Origin: an uncultured Muribaculaceae bacterium
Lineage (GTDB): Bacteria; Bacillota_I; Bacilli_A; RF39; UBA660
Assembly (NCBI GenBank): GCA_964369865.1
Contig: CAYJFL010000003.1
Coordinates: 5,700-68,437 of the forward strand
DNA length: 62,738 bases
Direction of reading: 5' to 3'
Part shown: one piece after another, positions 28,839 to 37,244 of the stretch
How positions within the stretch are numbered: position 1 is the stretch's first letter
Layout of the letters: the number at the start of each line of letters is the position of its first letter
The notes under the pieces: model-generated
Databases searched by the model: none
Told to the model about the DNA's origin: nothing
Seen by the model: the letters and a program-made list of their open reading frames with translations, nothing else
Position numbers and translations under genes: made by a program

Positions 28839-29987
28839 ATGACAGATTCAATAATGATAGAAACAATACTAATGGTAGCGGTCACATTTATATTCGTAGT
28901 ACTAGCAATACCATTTATAAAAAAATTAGCAACACATATAGATGCTGTAGATTTACCCGATAAGAGAAAAATTCACAAAAATCCAATGCCAAGAATAGGT
29001 GGACTTGGTATCTATTTAGGATTTTTACTAGGATATATGTTATTTGGAGAACCAAGTGCCATTATGAACTCTATATTAATTAGTAGCTTTATAATAGTTC
29101 TAATAGGTGTAATAGATGATATTAAACCATTAAAAGCTAGTTATAAATTTATAGCACAAGTAGTAGCAGCGTGTATAATTGTTTTCTATGGTAATATCAT
29201 AATGCAAGATATTGATGCATTTGGTATTTATATTAATTTTTATTGGTTATCAATTCCACTAACAATCTTCTTTATTTTAGGTTGTGTAAACTGTATGAAC
29301 TTAATTGATGGAATGGATGGATTAGCTGGTGGAATTAGTTCAATATACTTTTTAACAATAGGTATAATCGCGATAATCCAACAAAAATTTGGTTTAGATT
29401 ATACATTAACATTTGTAATGTTAGGTGCAACGTTAGGTTTCCTAGTTTATAATTTCAATCCTGCAAGTATCTTTATGGGAGATTCAGGATCAACGTTTTT
29501 AGGGTTAATAATTTCTGTAATCGCATTATTAGGATTCAAGAATGTAACCTTTACTTCAATAATAATACCTTTATTAATATTAGCTATTCCAATATTAGAT
29601 ACATTATTTGCAATACTAAGAAGATGGATAAAAGGTGAAGGTTTATCAACACCTGATAAATTTCATATTCATCATCAATTTCTTAGTAAAAATTTAACTC
29701 AAAAACAAACAGTTTTAATTATTTATGCAATTAATGCATTGTTTGCTATAGCGTCTATTTTATATATTCTACAAGATAAAAAAATTGGTTATTTAGTATA
29801 TTTTGTATTATTTCTTTTAGTATTAGTATTCATTTTAAAAACAAATGTAGTATTTGAAAGTGATAAATTAAAAGATAAGATTAAAAAGAGATTAAATATA
29901 AGTAAAGAAAAAAAAGAAATTGTTAAAAATAAGGATAATAATACTAAGAATAAACAAGTAAAAAAACAAAAATTAAACAAGAAATAA
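28839..29987 (+). CDS. Glycosyltransferase family 4 (MraY/WecA/TagO-type undecaprenyl-phosphate HexNAc-1-P transferase)
   Basis: Polytopic membrane protein with motifs IDDIKPL, NLIDGMDGLAGG and FMGDSGS. It has a Lys-rich C-terminal tail. Confidence 0.88.
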   Translation: MTDSIMIETILMVAVTFIFVVLAIPFIKKLATHIDAVDLPDKRKIHKNPMPRIGGLGIYLGFLLGYMLFGEPSAIMNSILISSFIIVLIGVIDDIKPLKASYKFIAQVVAACIIVFYGNIIMQDIDAFGIYINFYWLSIPLTIFFILGCVNCMNLIDGMDGLAGGISSIYFLTIGIIAIIQQKFGLDYTLTFVMLGATLGFLVYNFNPASIFMGDSGSTFLGLIISVIALLGFKNVTFTSIIIPLLILAIPILDTLFAILRRWIKGEGLSTPDKFHIHHQFLSKNLTQKQTVLIIYAINALFAIASILYILQDKKIGYLVYFVLFLLVLVFILKTNVVFESDKLKDKIKKRLNISKEKKEIVKNKDNNTKNKQVKKQKLNKK

Positions 29988-30058
29988 ATTTCTTGTTTTT
30001 ATTGTACATATTAATAAAAGTGTGATATAATACCCAAGTCGAAGAGGAAGTGTAAATT

Positions 30059-31864
30059 ATGAAAGATATTAGAAATATTGCAATTATTGCCCATGTAGAC
30101 CATGGAAAAACTACATTAGTAGATAAATTATTAGCTAAATCAGGAATGTTTAGAGAAAATGAAGATATAAGTAATTTATCTATGGATTCAAATGCCTTAG
30201 AAAAAGAAAGAGGAATTACTATATTAGCTAAAACTACAGCTATAGATTATAAAGGAACTCACATAAATATTTTAGATACGCCAGGACATGCTGATTTTGG
30301 TGGAGAAGTTGAGAGAATTATGAATATGGTTGATGGTGTTTTACTTGTTGTAGATGCATATGAAGGTACTATGCCACAAACTAGATTTGTTCTTAAAAAA
30401 GCTTTAGAAGCAGGAGTAACTCCTATAGTTATAGTAAATAAAATAGATAAACCATCAGCAAGACCAACTGAGGTAGTAGATGAAGTAGTTGATTTATTTA
30501 TTGAATTAGGAGCAGATTTAGAACAATTAGAATTCCCAGTAGTTTATACAAGTGCTTTAGCTGGAACTTCAAGTATTGATCCGGATGTTTCCACACAAAA
30601 AGAAACAATGGAACCAGTATTAGATATGATTGTTGAAAATATTCATAAACCAGTTGTAGAATTAGAAGGTGGATTCCAATTTCAACCAGCATTATTAGAT
30701 TATAATGATTTTGTAGGAAGAATTGGTATTGGACTTGTTAAAAGAGGAAAAGTTAAATTAAATGAGTCAGTTTCATGTGTAAGAATGGATGGAAGCATCA
30801 AACAATTTAGAATCCAAAAAATGTTTGGATACATGGGATATAACCGTGTTGAGATTAATGAAGCTGAAGCCGGAGATATAATTGCAATCGCAGGTCTTCC
30901 AGATATAGAAGTAGGAGAAACTGTTTGTACTACGGGACTAGAAGAAGCACTTCCTCACTTACGTGTAGATGAGCCAACTTTACAAATGACTTTTGGGGTA
31001 AATACATCTCCATTTGTTGGAAGAGAAGGTAAAATAGTAACTGCTCGTAAAATTGAAGAAAGATTATATAAAGAAACAGAAAAAGATGTTAGTTTAAAAG
31101 TAGAACCAAATGATAGTGAATCATTTATTGTTTCAGGTCGTGGAGAATTACATTTATCAATTCTTATTGAAAATATGCGTCGTGAAGGATTTGAACTTCA
31201 AGTTTCAAAACCTGAGGTAATTATTAAAGAAGTAGATGGTGTTAAACAAGAACCTTTTGAAGATGTTCAAATAGATGTTCCAGAAGAATATGTTGGTAGT
31301 GTAATTGAAGCATTAGGAAACCGTGAAGGTATTATGGAAAACATGATTAATTCTAATGGTCAAGCTAGATTATTATATACTGTACCATCTCGTGGATTAA
31401 TAGGATTTACAACTGAATTTATGACTATGACTAAAGGTTATGGTATGATGAACCATACATTTAAAGAATACCGCAAAATGGTAGCTAAAATGGTTGGTGA
31501 GAGAAAATTAGGTGTACTAGTTTCTATGGAAAATGGAAAAGCTACAGCATATGCATTAGGTGGACTTGAAGATCGTGGTGTTATGTTTATTGAACCAGGT
31601 GTAGAAGTTTATGAAGGTATGGTTGTTGGAGAACATTCTCAAGATAATGACTTAGCTGTAAATGTAGTTAGAGGTAAAAAATTAACTAATACAAGAGCAA
31701 GTGGTAACGACCACACAGTAGCTCTAAAAAAAGCTCGTCAATTAACTTTAGAAGCTTGTCTAGATTATATTAATAGTGATGAATTAGTAGAGGTTACTCC
31801 AGAGAACTTTAGAATTCGTAAAAAAATATTAAATACTAATGAACGTAAAAAGAAAACTAAATAA
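30059..31864 (+). CDS. typA: Translational GTPase TypA/BipA
   Basis: IRNIAIIAHVDHGKTTLVD and DTPGHADFGGEVER motifs, 601 aa. Confidence 0.97.
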   Translation: MKDIRNIAIIAHVDHGKTTLVDKLLAKSGMFRENEDISNLSMDSNALEKERGITILAKTTAIDYKGTHINILDTPGHADFGGEVERIMNMVDGVLLVVDAYEGTMPQTRFVLKKALEAGVTPIVIVNKIDKPSARPTEVVDEVVDLFIELGADLEQLEFPVVYTSALAGTSSIDPDVSTQKETMEPVLDMIVENIHKPVVELEGGFQFQPALLDYNDFVGRIGIGLVKRGKVKLNESVSCVRMDGSIKQFRIQKMFGYMGYNRVEINEAEAGDIIAIAGLPDIEVGETVCTTGLEEALPHLRVDEPTLQMTFGVNTSPFVGREGKIVTARKIEERLYKETEKDVSLKVEPNDSESFIVSGRGELHLSILIENMRREGFELQVSKPEVIIKEVDGVKQEPFEDVQIDVPEEYVGSVIEALGNREGIMENMINSNGQARLLYTVPSRGLIGFTTEFMTMTKGYGMMNHTFKEYRKMVAKMVGERKLGVLVSMENGKATAYALGGLEDRGVMFIEPGVEVYEGMVVGEHSQDNDLAVNVVRGKKLTNTRASGNDHTVALKKARQLTLEACLDYINSDELVEVTPENFRIRKKILNTNERKKKTK

Positions 31865-31887
31865 AAAGGATTGAAAAATCCTTTTTT
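31865..31887 (+). terminator. Rho-independent terminator after typA
   Basis: AAAGGAT / ATCCTTT stem plus T-run. Confidence 0.75.
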
Positions 31888-32058
31888 CTTTATATTATTT
31901 AAAAAAATAGAAAATTAAAGTACTAATAATATAAATAACTTGTATATTTTAAACAAGTGTGTTATTGTAAGTATAGATTTATGTATTATTAATAATGACT
32001 CCTTTATTATCGGGCCAGAAGCAATAACCACTAAATCAAAATTATAGAGGAGGTAACT

Positions 32059-32385
32059 ATGGAAAACAATGAAATGTTTGAAGACATGACTATAACTTGT
32101 AAAGATTGTGGGAATGAATTTGTTTGGACAGCTGGAGAACAAGAATTTTTTGCTGAAAGAGGTTTAACTAATAAACCAGTTAGATGTAAAGATTGTCGTT
32201 CATCAAGAAACAAAACAGAAGCAAGCGAAGACGATGAAACTATTGTTTGTAAAGATTGTGGAAATGAATTCATTTTTACAGCTGGAGAACAAAAATTCTA
32301 TGCTGAAAAAGGTTTAACTAACAAACCAGTTAGATGTAAATCATGCCGTAGAAATAAAAACGCTAGACATAGTGAAGCTAACTAA
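32059..32385 (+). CDS. Tandem zinc-ribbon protein (two copies of a CxxC...EQxF[FY]AE[KR]GL.NKPxRCxxCR module)
   Basis: The two halves are CKDCGNEFVWTAGEQEFFAERGLTNKPVRCKDCR and CKDCGNEFIFTAGEQKFYAEKGLTNKPVRCKSCR. Strong SD AGAGGAGG. Confidence 0.75.
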   Translation: MENNEMFEDMTITCKDCGNEFVWTAGEQEFFAERGLTNKPVRCKDCRSSRNKTEASEDDETIVCKDCGNEFIFTAGEQKFYAEKGLTNKPVRCKSCRRNKNARHSEAN

Positions 32386-32409
32386 AAAACATCTATTAGA
32401 TGTTTTTTT
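32384..32409. terminator. Bidirectional terminator between convergent genes
   Basis: A-run, CATCT..AGATG hairpin, then T-run; usable on both strands. Confidence 0.7.
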
Positions 32410-33550
32410 ATATTATTAATACTTGCCCAATACTAAGTATAGAACTAGTTAAATTATTTTTTTCCATAATATCTGCCACGCTAGTTTGATACTGAGTAGC
32501 AATTTTATATAATGTATCGCCAGCTTTAACTATATAAGTGATATTTGGATCTGTCGGAGTAATAGATATTTTTAAAATTTGCCCGATAGATAAAGTATCA
32601 CTAGTAAGATTATTTAGTGTTTTTAAATTACTAACAGTAGTATTAAACTTTCTAGCAATACTATATAAAGTATCCCCACTAACAACAGTATAAGTATCAT
32701 AACTTGTATCAGGTGTAGTAGTATTAGAATCATCTTCACTAACAATTAATACTTGCCCAATAGATAAAGTATCACTAGTAAGATTATTTAATGTTTTTAA
32801 ATTACTAACAGTAGTATTAAATTTTCTAGCAATACTGTATAAAGTGTCCCCACTAACTACAGTATAAGTATTATAACTTGTATCAGGTGTAGTAGTATTA
32901 GAATCATCTTCACTAACGATTAATACTTGCCCGATAGATAAAGTATCACTAGTGAGATTATTAAGTTTTTTTAAAGTGTTAACAGTAGTATTAAATTTTC
33001 TAGCAATACTATATAAAGTATCCCCACTAACAACTATGTATTTATTATCTCCACTATTATCGCTATCATCATCACCACAAGCTGCTAGTGGTTGGTATAG
33101 AGTTTCTAAAGAACTCCATGTGTTTGTCCCAACAACACCATCAGGTGATAATTTATTAACGAATTGATATGCTTTAACTGCTTCATAAGTATTATTATCA
33201 TATGTTCCATTAATAATTCCGTTATAGTAATCTAATTCTTTTAATTTAGTCTGAATTTCAGTTACATAAACACCAGTATCACCTAACTTCAAAGTAGGTT
33301 TTGAAAGAACATTAAAATTTATTTTATCTGGTTCAGCTAATTTTTCTAAAACTTCCCAATCATCTGAATCTATAATACCATTCATATTTAAGTTATTATC
33401 TTGTTGAAAAGACAATACAAAACCAGTAGTATCTGGACCAAAAACTCCAGTAATACTAATAGGATAATAGCCGGTAATTCTTAACATTTGTTGAAGGTAA
33501 GTTACAGCATCTCCAGTGTCTCCTTCTTTTAATATAATATTTGTATACAT
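32408..33550 (-). CDS. Cell-wall-binding protein: 2 x PG_binding_1 + 4 x LysM, no catalytic domain evident
   Basis: Two N-terminal PG-binding repeats (GDTGDAVTYLQQML..., GDTGVYVTEIQTKL...). Four LysM modules (YTVVSGDTLYSIARKFNTTV...SIGQVLIV). Confidence 0.88.
   Translation of the reverse strand: MYTNIILKEGDTGDAVTYLQQMLRITGYYPISITGVFGPDTTGFVLSFQQDNNLNMNGIIDSDDWEVLEKLAEPDKINFNVLSKPTLKLGDTGVYVTEIQTKLKELDYYNGIINGTYDNNTYEAVKAYQFVNKLSPDGVVGTNTWSSLETLYQPLAACGDDDSDNSGDNKYIVVSGDTLYSIARKFNTTVNTLKKLNNLTSDTLSIGQVLIVSEDDSNTTTPDTSYNTYTVVSGDTLYSIARKFNTTVSNLKTLNNLTSDTLSIGQVLIVSEDDSNTTTPDTSYDTYTVVSGDTLYSIARKFNTTVSNLKTLNNLTSDTLSIGQILKISITPTDPNITYIVKAGDTLYKIATQYQTSVADIMEKNNLTSSILSIGQVLII
32594..33050 (-). repeat. 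Tandem 174-bp coding repeat (about 2.6 copies) inside the LysM gene
   Basis: Unit starts at 32594, 32768 and 32942 (AGTATCACTAG...). Each unit encodes 58 aa (LysM + SEDDSNTTTPDTSY linker) and the copies differ at only a few positions. Confidence 0.9.
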
Positions 33551-33636
33551 ATTCCCTCCTTATAATATTATATTTAAATTATTAATTAGGTTGCCTATTA
33601 TTTCTAATTACATATAATATTTTAGGAGATGATAAA

Positions 33637-34851
33637 ATGAATCAAGGTTATTTAATAGTTAATGTAGTTGCTAGTAATATAACACAACCAATAAGTGGTG
33701 CAAAAGTAAAATTATTATCTAATAATAACATTTATGAAGCAAATGAAAATGGTCAAATAGACCCAATTACTTTAGAAGCACCTAAATTAGAAGGTTCATT
33801 AAAATATGATAGTAATATTGAACCATATAAAGAGTATGATATTGAAGTATCTGCTCCAGGAATGACTACAGTTATAGTTAGAGGAATAGAAATATTTCCA
33901 AATATAACTTCTATTCAGCAAGTAACACTAGAGCCTCTTGATGAAACAAATGAAAAAGTTATTGAAAAAATTATTCCAGATATAGTATTAAAAGGTAATT
34001 ACAGTCCGAAGTATGTAGAAGAAGAAAGTAAGTTGAGTACAATTACTTTAAGAGAAGTTGTAATCCCAGAGTATATTAAAGTAATTGATGGCTCACCTGA
34101 TAGTTATTCAGCACCAATTTATACAGTACCGTTTGTTGACTATATAAAAAATGTAGCAAGTGGAGAGATATATTCAAGCTGGCCATATGAAGCGTTAAAG
34201 GCTAATATACTTGCTATTATATCTTTTACGCTAAATAGAGTATATACAGAATGGTATCCATCTAAAGGTTATAGTTTTACAATTACATCAGTTACAGCAT
34301 ATGATCAAAAATATACTCATGAACGAACTATATTTGATAGTATAGCAAATGTAGTAGATGAAATATTTACTAATTATATAAGTAGAACTGGTAAAGAAGA
34401 ACCGATGTTAGCTCAATATTGTGATGGAGAGAATACTCAAAATGATGGCTGGTTATGGCAATGGGGTAGTGCTACATTAGCTGAAGAAGGAAAAACAGCA
34501 ATTGAGATATTGAAATATTATTATGGAGATAGTATCGAAATAGAAGAAGCAAAAGAAGTAGTTGGTTTACCTGTATCTTTTCCAGGATATAACTTGAAAT
34601 TTGGTGATTGTGGAGAAGAAATTAGAATTATGCAGAATCAATTAAATACAATTAGAGGTAATTATCCGGGTATTCCACTTATAGAAAATCCTAATGGAAT
34701 ATATGATCAAAATACAGCTGAAGTAATAAGTTTTTTTCAAAAAGCATTTAATTTATTTCAAACAGGAAATGTAGATTACGGAACTTGGTATAAAATACAG
34801 TATTTATATACTGCAGTCAAACGTATGATATTTGGGGTATATGATAGATAA
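33637..34851 (+). CDS. Putative wall-associated protein: N-terminal beta-sandwich-like region, SpoIID/LytB-like central segment, C-terminal PG_binding_1
   Basis: Central segment VASGEIYSSWPYEALKANILAIISFTLNRVY resembles the SpoIID signature. C-terminal GDCGEEIRIMQNQLNTIRGNYPGIP...TGNVDYGTWYKI is a PG_binding_1 pattern. Confidence 0.7.
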   Translation: MNQGYLIVNVVASNITQPISGAKVKLLSNNNIYEANENGQIDPITLEAPKLEGSLKYDSNIEPYKEYDIEVSAPGMTTVIVRGIEIFPNITSIQQVTLEPLDETNEKVIEKIIPDIVLKGNYSPKYVEEESKLSTITLREVVIPEYIKVIDGSPDSYSAPIYTVPFVDYIKNVASGEIYSSWPYEALKANILAIISFTLNRVYTEWYPSKGYSFTITSVTAYDQKYTHERTIFDSIANVVDEIFTNYISRTGKEEPMLAQYCDGENTQNDGWLWQWGSATLAEEGKTAIEILKYYYGDSIEIEEAKEVVGLPVSFPGYNLKFGDCGEEIRIMQNQLNTIRGNYPGIPLIENPNGIYDQNTAEVISFFQKAFNLFQTGNVDYGTWYKIQYLYTAVKRMIFGVYDR

Positions 34852-35013
34852 TATACTCTTTTTATTTTTTATATTGTACAGCATTGATTGAAGTTACTAA
34901 CTTTTTTAAGTAGATTACAGCTCTCATACTTTTTAAATATAATAGATATCTTAATATAAAAATGATATAATTGTTTTATAAAGATTATTTTATATAATGA
35001 TGGAGATAATGAT

Positions 35014-35103
35014 TTGAAATTAATAAATAAAAGCATTAAAATTATAATAATAGTACTAGCAATGTTAGCACTTTTTGATGTCCTTCCTAGTTTCCAATAT
35101 TAA
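35014..35103 (+). CDS. Possible 29-aa hydrophobic peptide (TTG start) in the first copy of the duplicated cassette
   Basis: GGAGAT SD 7 nt before TTG. Peptide MKLINKSIKIIIIVLAMLALFDVLPSFQY. It is preceded by TGATATAAT and followed by the repeated terminator. It may be a gene remnant instead. Confidence 0.25.
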   Translation: MKLINKSIKIIIIVLAMLALFDVLPSFQY

Positions 35104-35167
35104 CTACAATAGTTGTGCTAAACATAATAATGTTAATTATAATTTACTTATCCAAAAACAAAATTAA

Positions 35168-35195
35168 AAAAAGTTGATAGAAATTAATCTATCAA
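35168..35195 (+). repeat. Copy 1 of an identical 28-nt terminator-hairpin sequence
   Basis: AAAAAGTTGATAGAAATTAATCTATCAA (stem TTGATAGA/TCTATCAA) followed by a T-run; identical to 36603-36630. Confidence 0.85.
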
Positions 35196-35327
35196 ATTTT
35201 TTTAATTGGACAAATTTAGTTGAAGTTGTTAACTTCTTTTAAAGATAGTATAACTCTAATAATTAAAAGATTGATATTTTATGATATAATTTATTAATGT
35301 AATGACATAAGAAGGAGTAGTAAAATT

Positions 35328-36590
35328 GTGGCTAAAAATAAAAACAATAAATTTTTAAAATTATTAAGTCAAGATTCTATGGCATATATTAACGAATATA
35401 TTTCTCAAATATTATTATTAATTATTAATACTGACGTTTATATTGTATATGCAGTAGGAGAAAATATATATAATTTTATTTATGGTGGAATATATGCTAT
35501 ATCAGAAAGTGCTAAGCGTGATACTAAGAGAAAAAAAACGATAGAAAAACAGAGCGAACATATTTCAAATACCGTTTTAATTAATATATTATATGGTGCA
35601 TTTATATGTTTATTAGTATTTCTTTTTAGAAATATAATTGGTGAGTTATTTTTTGATAATAAACAATTCATTAAAATATTAAATGTTTATTTCATATTTA
35701 TGATATTTAAAAGCACAGTTATAGGAATTTTAAGACCTTTATACTCTGTTGGAAATACTGAAGGAAATATAGTAGATATTGCTAAAATAAATAAAAATCG
35801 ACTAACTTATATTAATATTTTATTAATTATATTATTAGGGCTATCTAAAATAATTCCAATGACTAATGTTGTTATATTAATATGCATATTATCTATATAT
35901 ATTGGAACTGAAATATATCAAACATATTTAACGTATAAGATTGTTGGTAAAGTAAAATTTAAATATATGAAAATTAAAGAGGGAGTGAAAATATTAAAAG
36001 AAAATTATCACTATTTATTAAGTGTAATGGTATATGATTCTGGCGTAATTATTTCCACTTATGTAGGATCGTTATTTGGGAATGTTGGAATATTGATAAG
36101 TAAAGTATTGTATGAAAGTTATAAATTTGGAACGTTTATTCATAATATATATGTTAAATATATAGAAGAACAAATGTATATTGGTGTAATTAAAAAATAT
36201 TCTGTTGTTATAAGAAGAACAACAGTAAGTGCTATAATAGGCTCAATACTATCTATGATTATATTTACATTGCAACTAAGATATAATGTTGAGTTTAGCA
36301 CTGTTGAAGCAGCTACTATATATAGCTACATATTTATTTTTATCTACTGTATGAGTTATTGTTTAGATTACTCATCAGACATAATAACAAGAATTAGTGG
36401 AAATGTTAAACAATTGTTTTTAATTTCAATAATAGATTTAATTATTAAAATTATAATTGTAATTTTAATTCATCATATAAATGTAGATATATATTGTGCT
36501 TTTGCACTATTACTGCTTGGGGGATTTATTTCGTATATAAACGTTTTTAGAATAGTTAAAATTAATAAAAATGTTAGTATATATTCTTAA
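35328..36590 (+). CDS. Polytopic membrane protein, distantly MATE/MOP-exporter-like
   Basis: About 12 hydrophobic segments in two halves with a MATE-like N-terminal layout. GTG start 10 nt after GAAGGAG. The function call is weak. Confidence 0.6.
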   Translation: MAKNKNNKFLKLLSQDSMAYINEYISQILLLIINTDVYIVYAVGENIYNFIYGGIYAISESAKRDTKRKKTIEKQSEHISNTVLINILYGAFICLLVFLFRNIIGELFFDNKQFIKILNVYFIFMIFKSTVIGILRPLYSVGNTEGNIVDIAKINKNRLTYINILLIILLGLSKIIPMTNVVILICILSIYIGTEIYQTYLTYKIVGKVKFKYMKIKEGVKILKENYHYLLSVMVYDSGVIISTYVGSLFGNVGILISKVLYESYKFGTFIHNIYVKYIEEQMYIGVIKKYSVVIRRTTVSAIIGSILSMIIFTLQLRYNVEFSTVEAATIYSYIFIFIYCMSYCLDYSSDIITRISGNVKQLFLISIIDLIIKIIIVILIHHINVDIYCAFALLLLGGFISYINVFRIVKINKNVSIYS

Positions 36591-36602
36591 AAATACTAAA
36601 AT

Positions 36603-36630
36603 AAAAAGTTGATAGAAATTAATCTATCAA
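36603..36630. repeat. Copy 2 of the identical 28-nt terminator hairpin (bidirectional; also terminates tRNA-His)
   Basis: Identical to 35168-35195, flanked by an A-run and a T-run. Confidence 0.85.
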
Positions 36631-36645
36631 CTTTATTTTTTATAA

Positions 36646-36722
36646 TGGGGCGACATACGGGATTTGAACCCGTGAGTAACTGAGTCACAGTCAGCCGTGT
36701 TAACCGCTTCACCAATACCGCC
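36646..36722 (-). tRNA. tRNA-His (anticodon GTG) with encoded G-1 and encoded CCA
   Basis: Reverse complement is G-GCGGTAT...CTGTGAC loop...ACGGGTTCAAATCCCGT...ATGTCGC-C-CCA. It folds as a cloverleaf by hand, with a GTG anticodon in a 7-nt loop and the extra 5' G opposite C73 typical of tRNA-His. Confidence 0.93.
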
Positions 36723-36734
36723 ATTTACTTATCA

Positions 36735-36763
36735 ATTGTATCAAATTTTAATTTAAAATGCAA
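36735..36763 (-). promoter_or_regulatory. Sigma-A-type promoter for tRNA-His
   Basis: On the minus strand: TTGCAT, 17-nt spacer, TACAAT, ending 12 nt before the tRNA 5' end. Confidence 0.45.
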
Positions 36764-36839
36764 TACTTTTTTGATATATATATATACTTGCCTATACCTG
36801 TTAGGTATTTATACATAATATAGCTGTGAGGGGGCTTTT

Positions 36840-37232
36840 ATGAATATAAATTATAATTTACCTAATTATACACCTAAAGCAGAATTAAGTAGCTTATATC
36901 CTGCTTATGATGGTTTTATTAGAGGGAATATGTTTCAAGGGTTGTATGATGGTTATAAAAATTCAAACAATATAAATATGAATATAACTAACAAAAAAGA
37001 AGAAATGTTTACTTATTTATATATGTATGAATTTGCACTTATTGACCTAAATCTTTATTTAGATTTACATCCTGAAGATAAGGCAATAATAGAATTGTAT
37101 GGTAAATACTTAACTGAGTATAAAAAAGTATTAGATGAATGTGAAAGGAATTACGGACCTATAACTTTATATAGTTATGAGAATGTTAATTATCCATGGA
37201 ATTGGATAGAATCATGGCCGTGGGAAAATTAG
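36840..37232 (+). CDS. cotJB: Spore coat protein CotJB with an N-terminal CotJA-like segment (apparent CotJA-CotJB fusion)
   Basis: The C-terminal 80 aa match CotJB (FALIDLNLYLDLHPED, YGPI, YPWNWIESWPWEN). N-terminal AYDGFIRGNMFQGLYDGY resembles the CotJA core (ALxxGTxFxxLYxxY). Confidence 0.8.
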   Translation: MNINYNLPNYTPKAELSSLYPAYDGFIRGNMFQGLYDGYKNSNNINMNITNKKEEMFTYLYMYEFALIDLNLYLDLHPEDKAIIELYGKYLTEYKKVLDECERNYGPITLYSYENVNYPWNWIESWPWEN

Positions 37233-37244
37233 AGGGGGGTATAT

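Noticed and set aside
31915-32273. Minus-strand ORFs (31915-32142, 32031-32273) around the zinc-ribbon gene
   Set aside because: They are antisense to or overlap a + strand gene with a strong SD and an obvious duplicated CxxC module. Their products are low-complexity.
32594-33050. Regular repeats considered as a possible CRISPR-like array
   Set aside because: The repeats are contiguous 174-bp units with no unique spacers. They lie in frame inside a LysM protein gene, making this a coding tandem repeat. No CRISPR array or cas gene is visible anywhere in the window.
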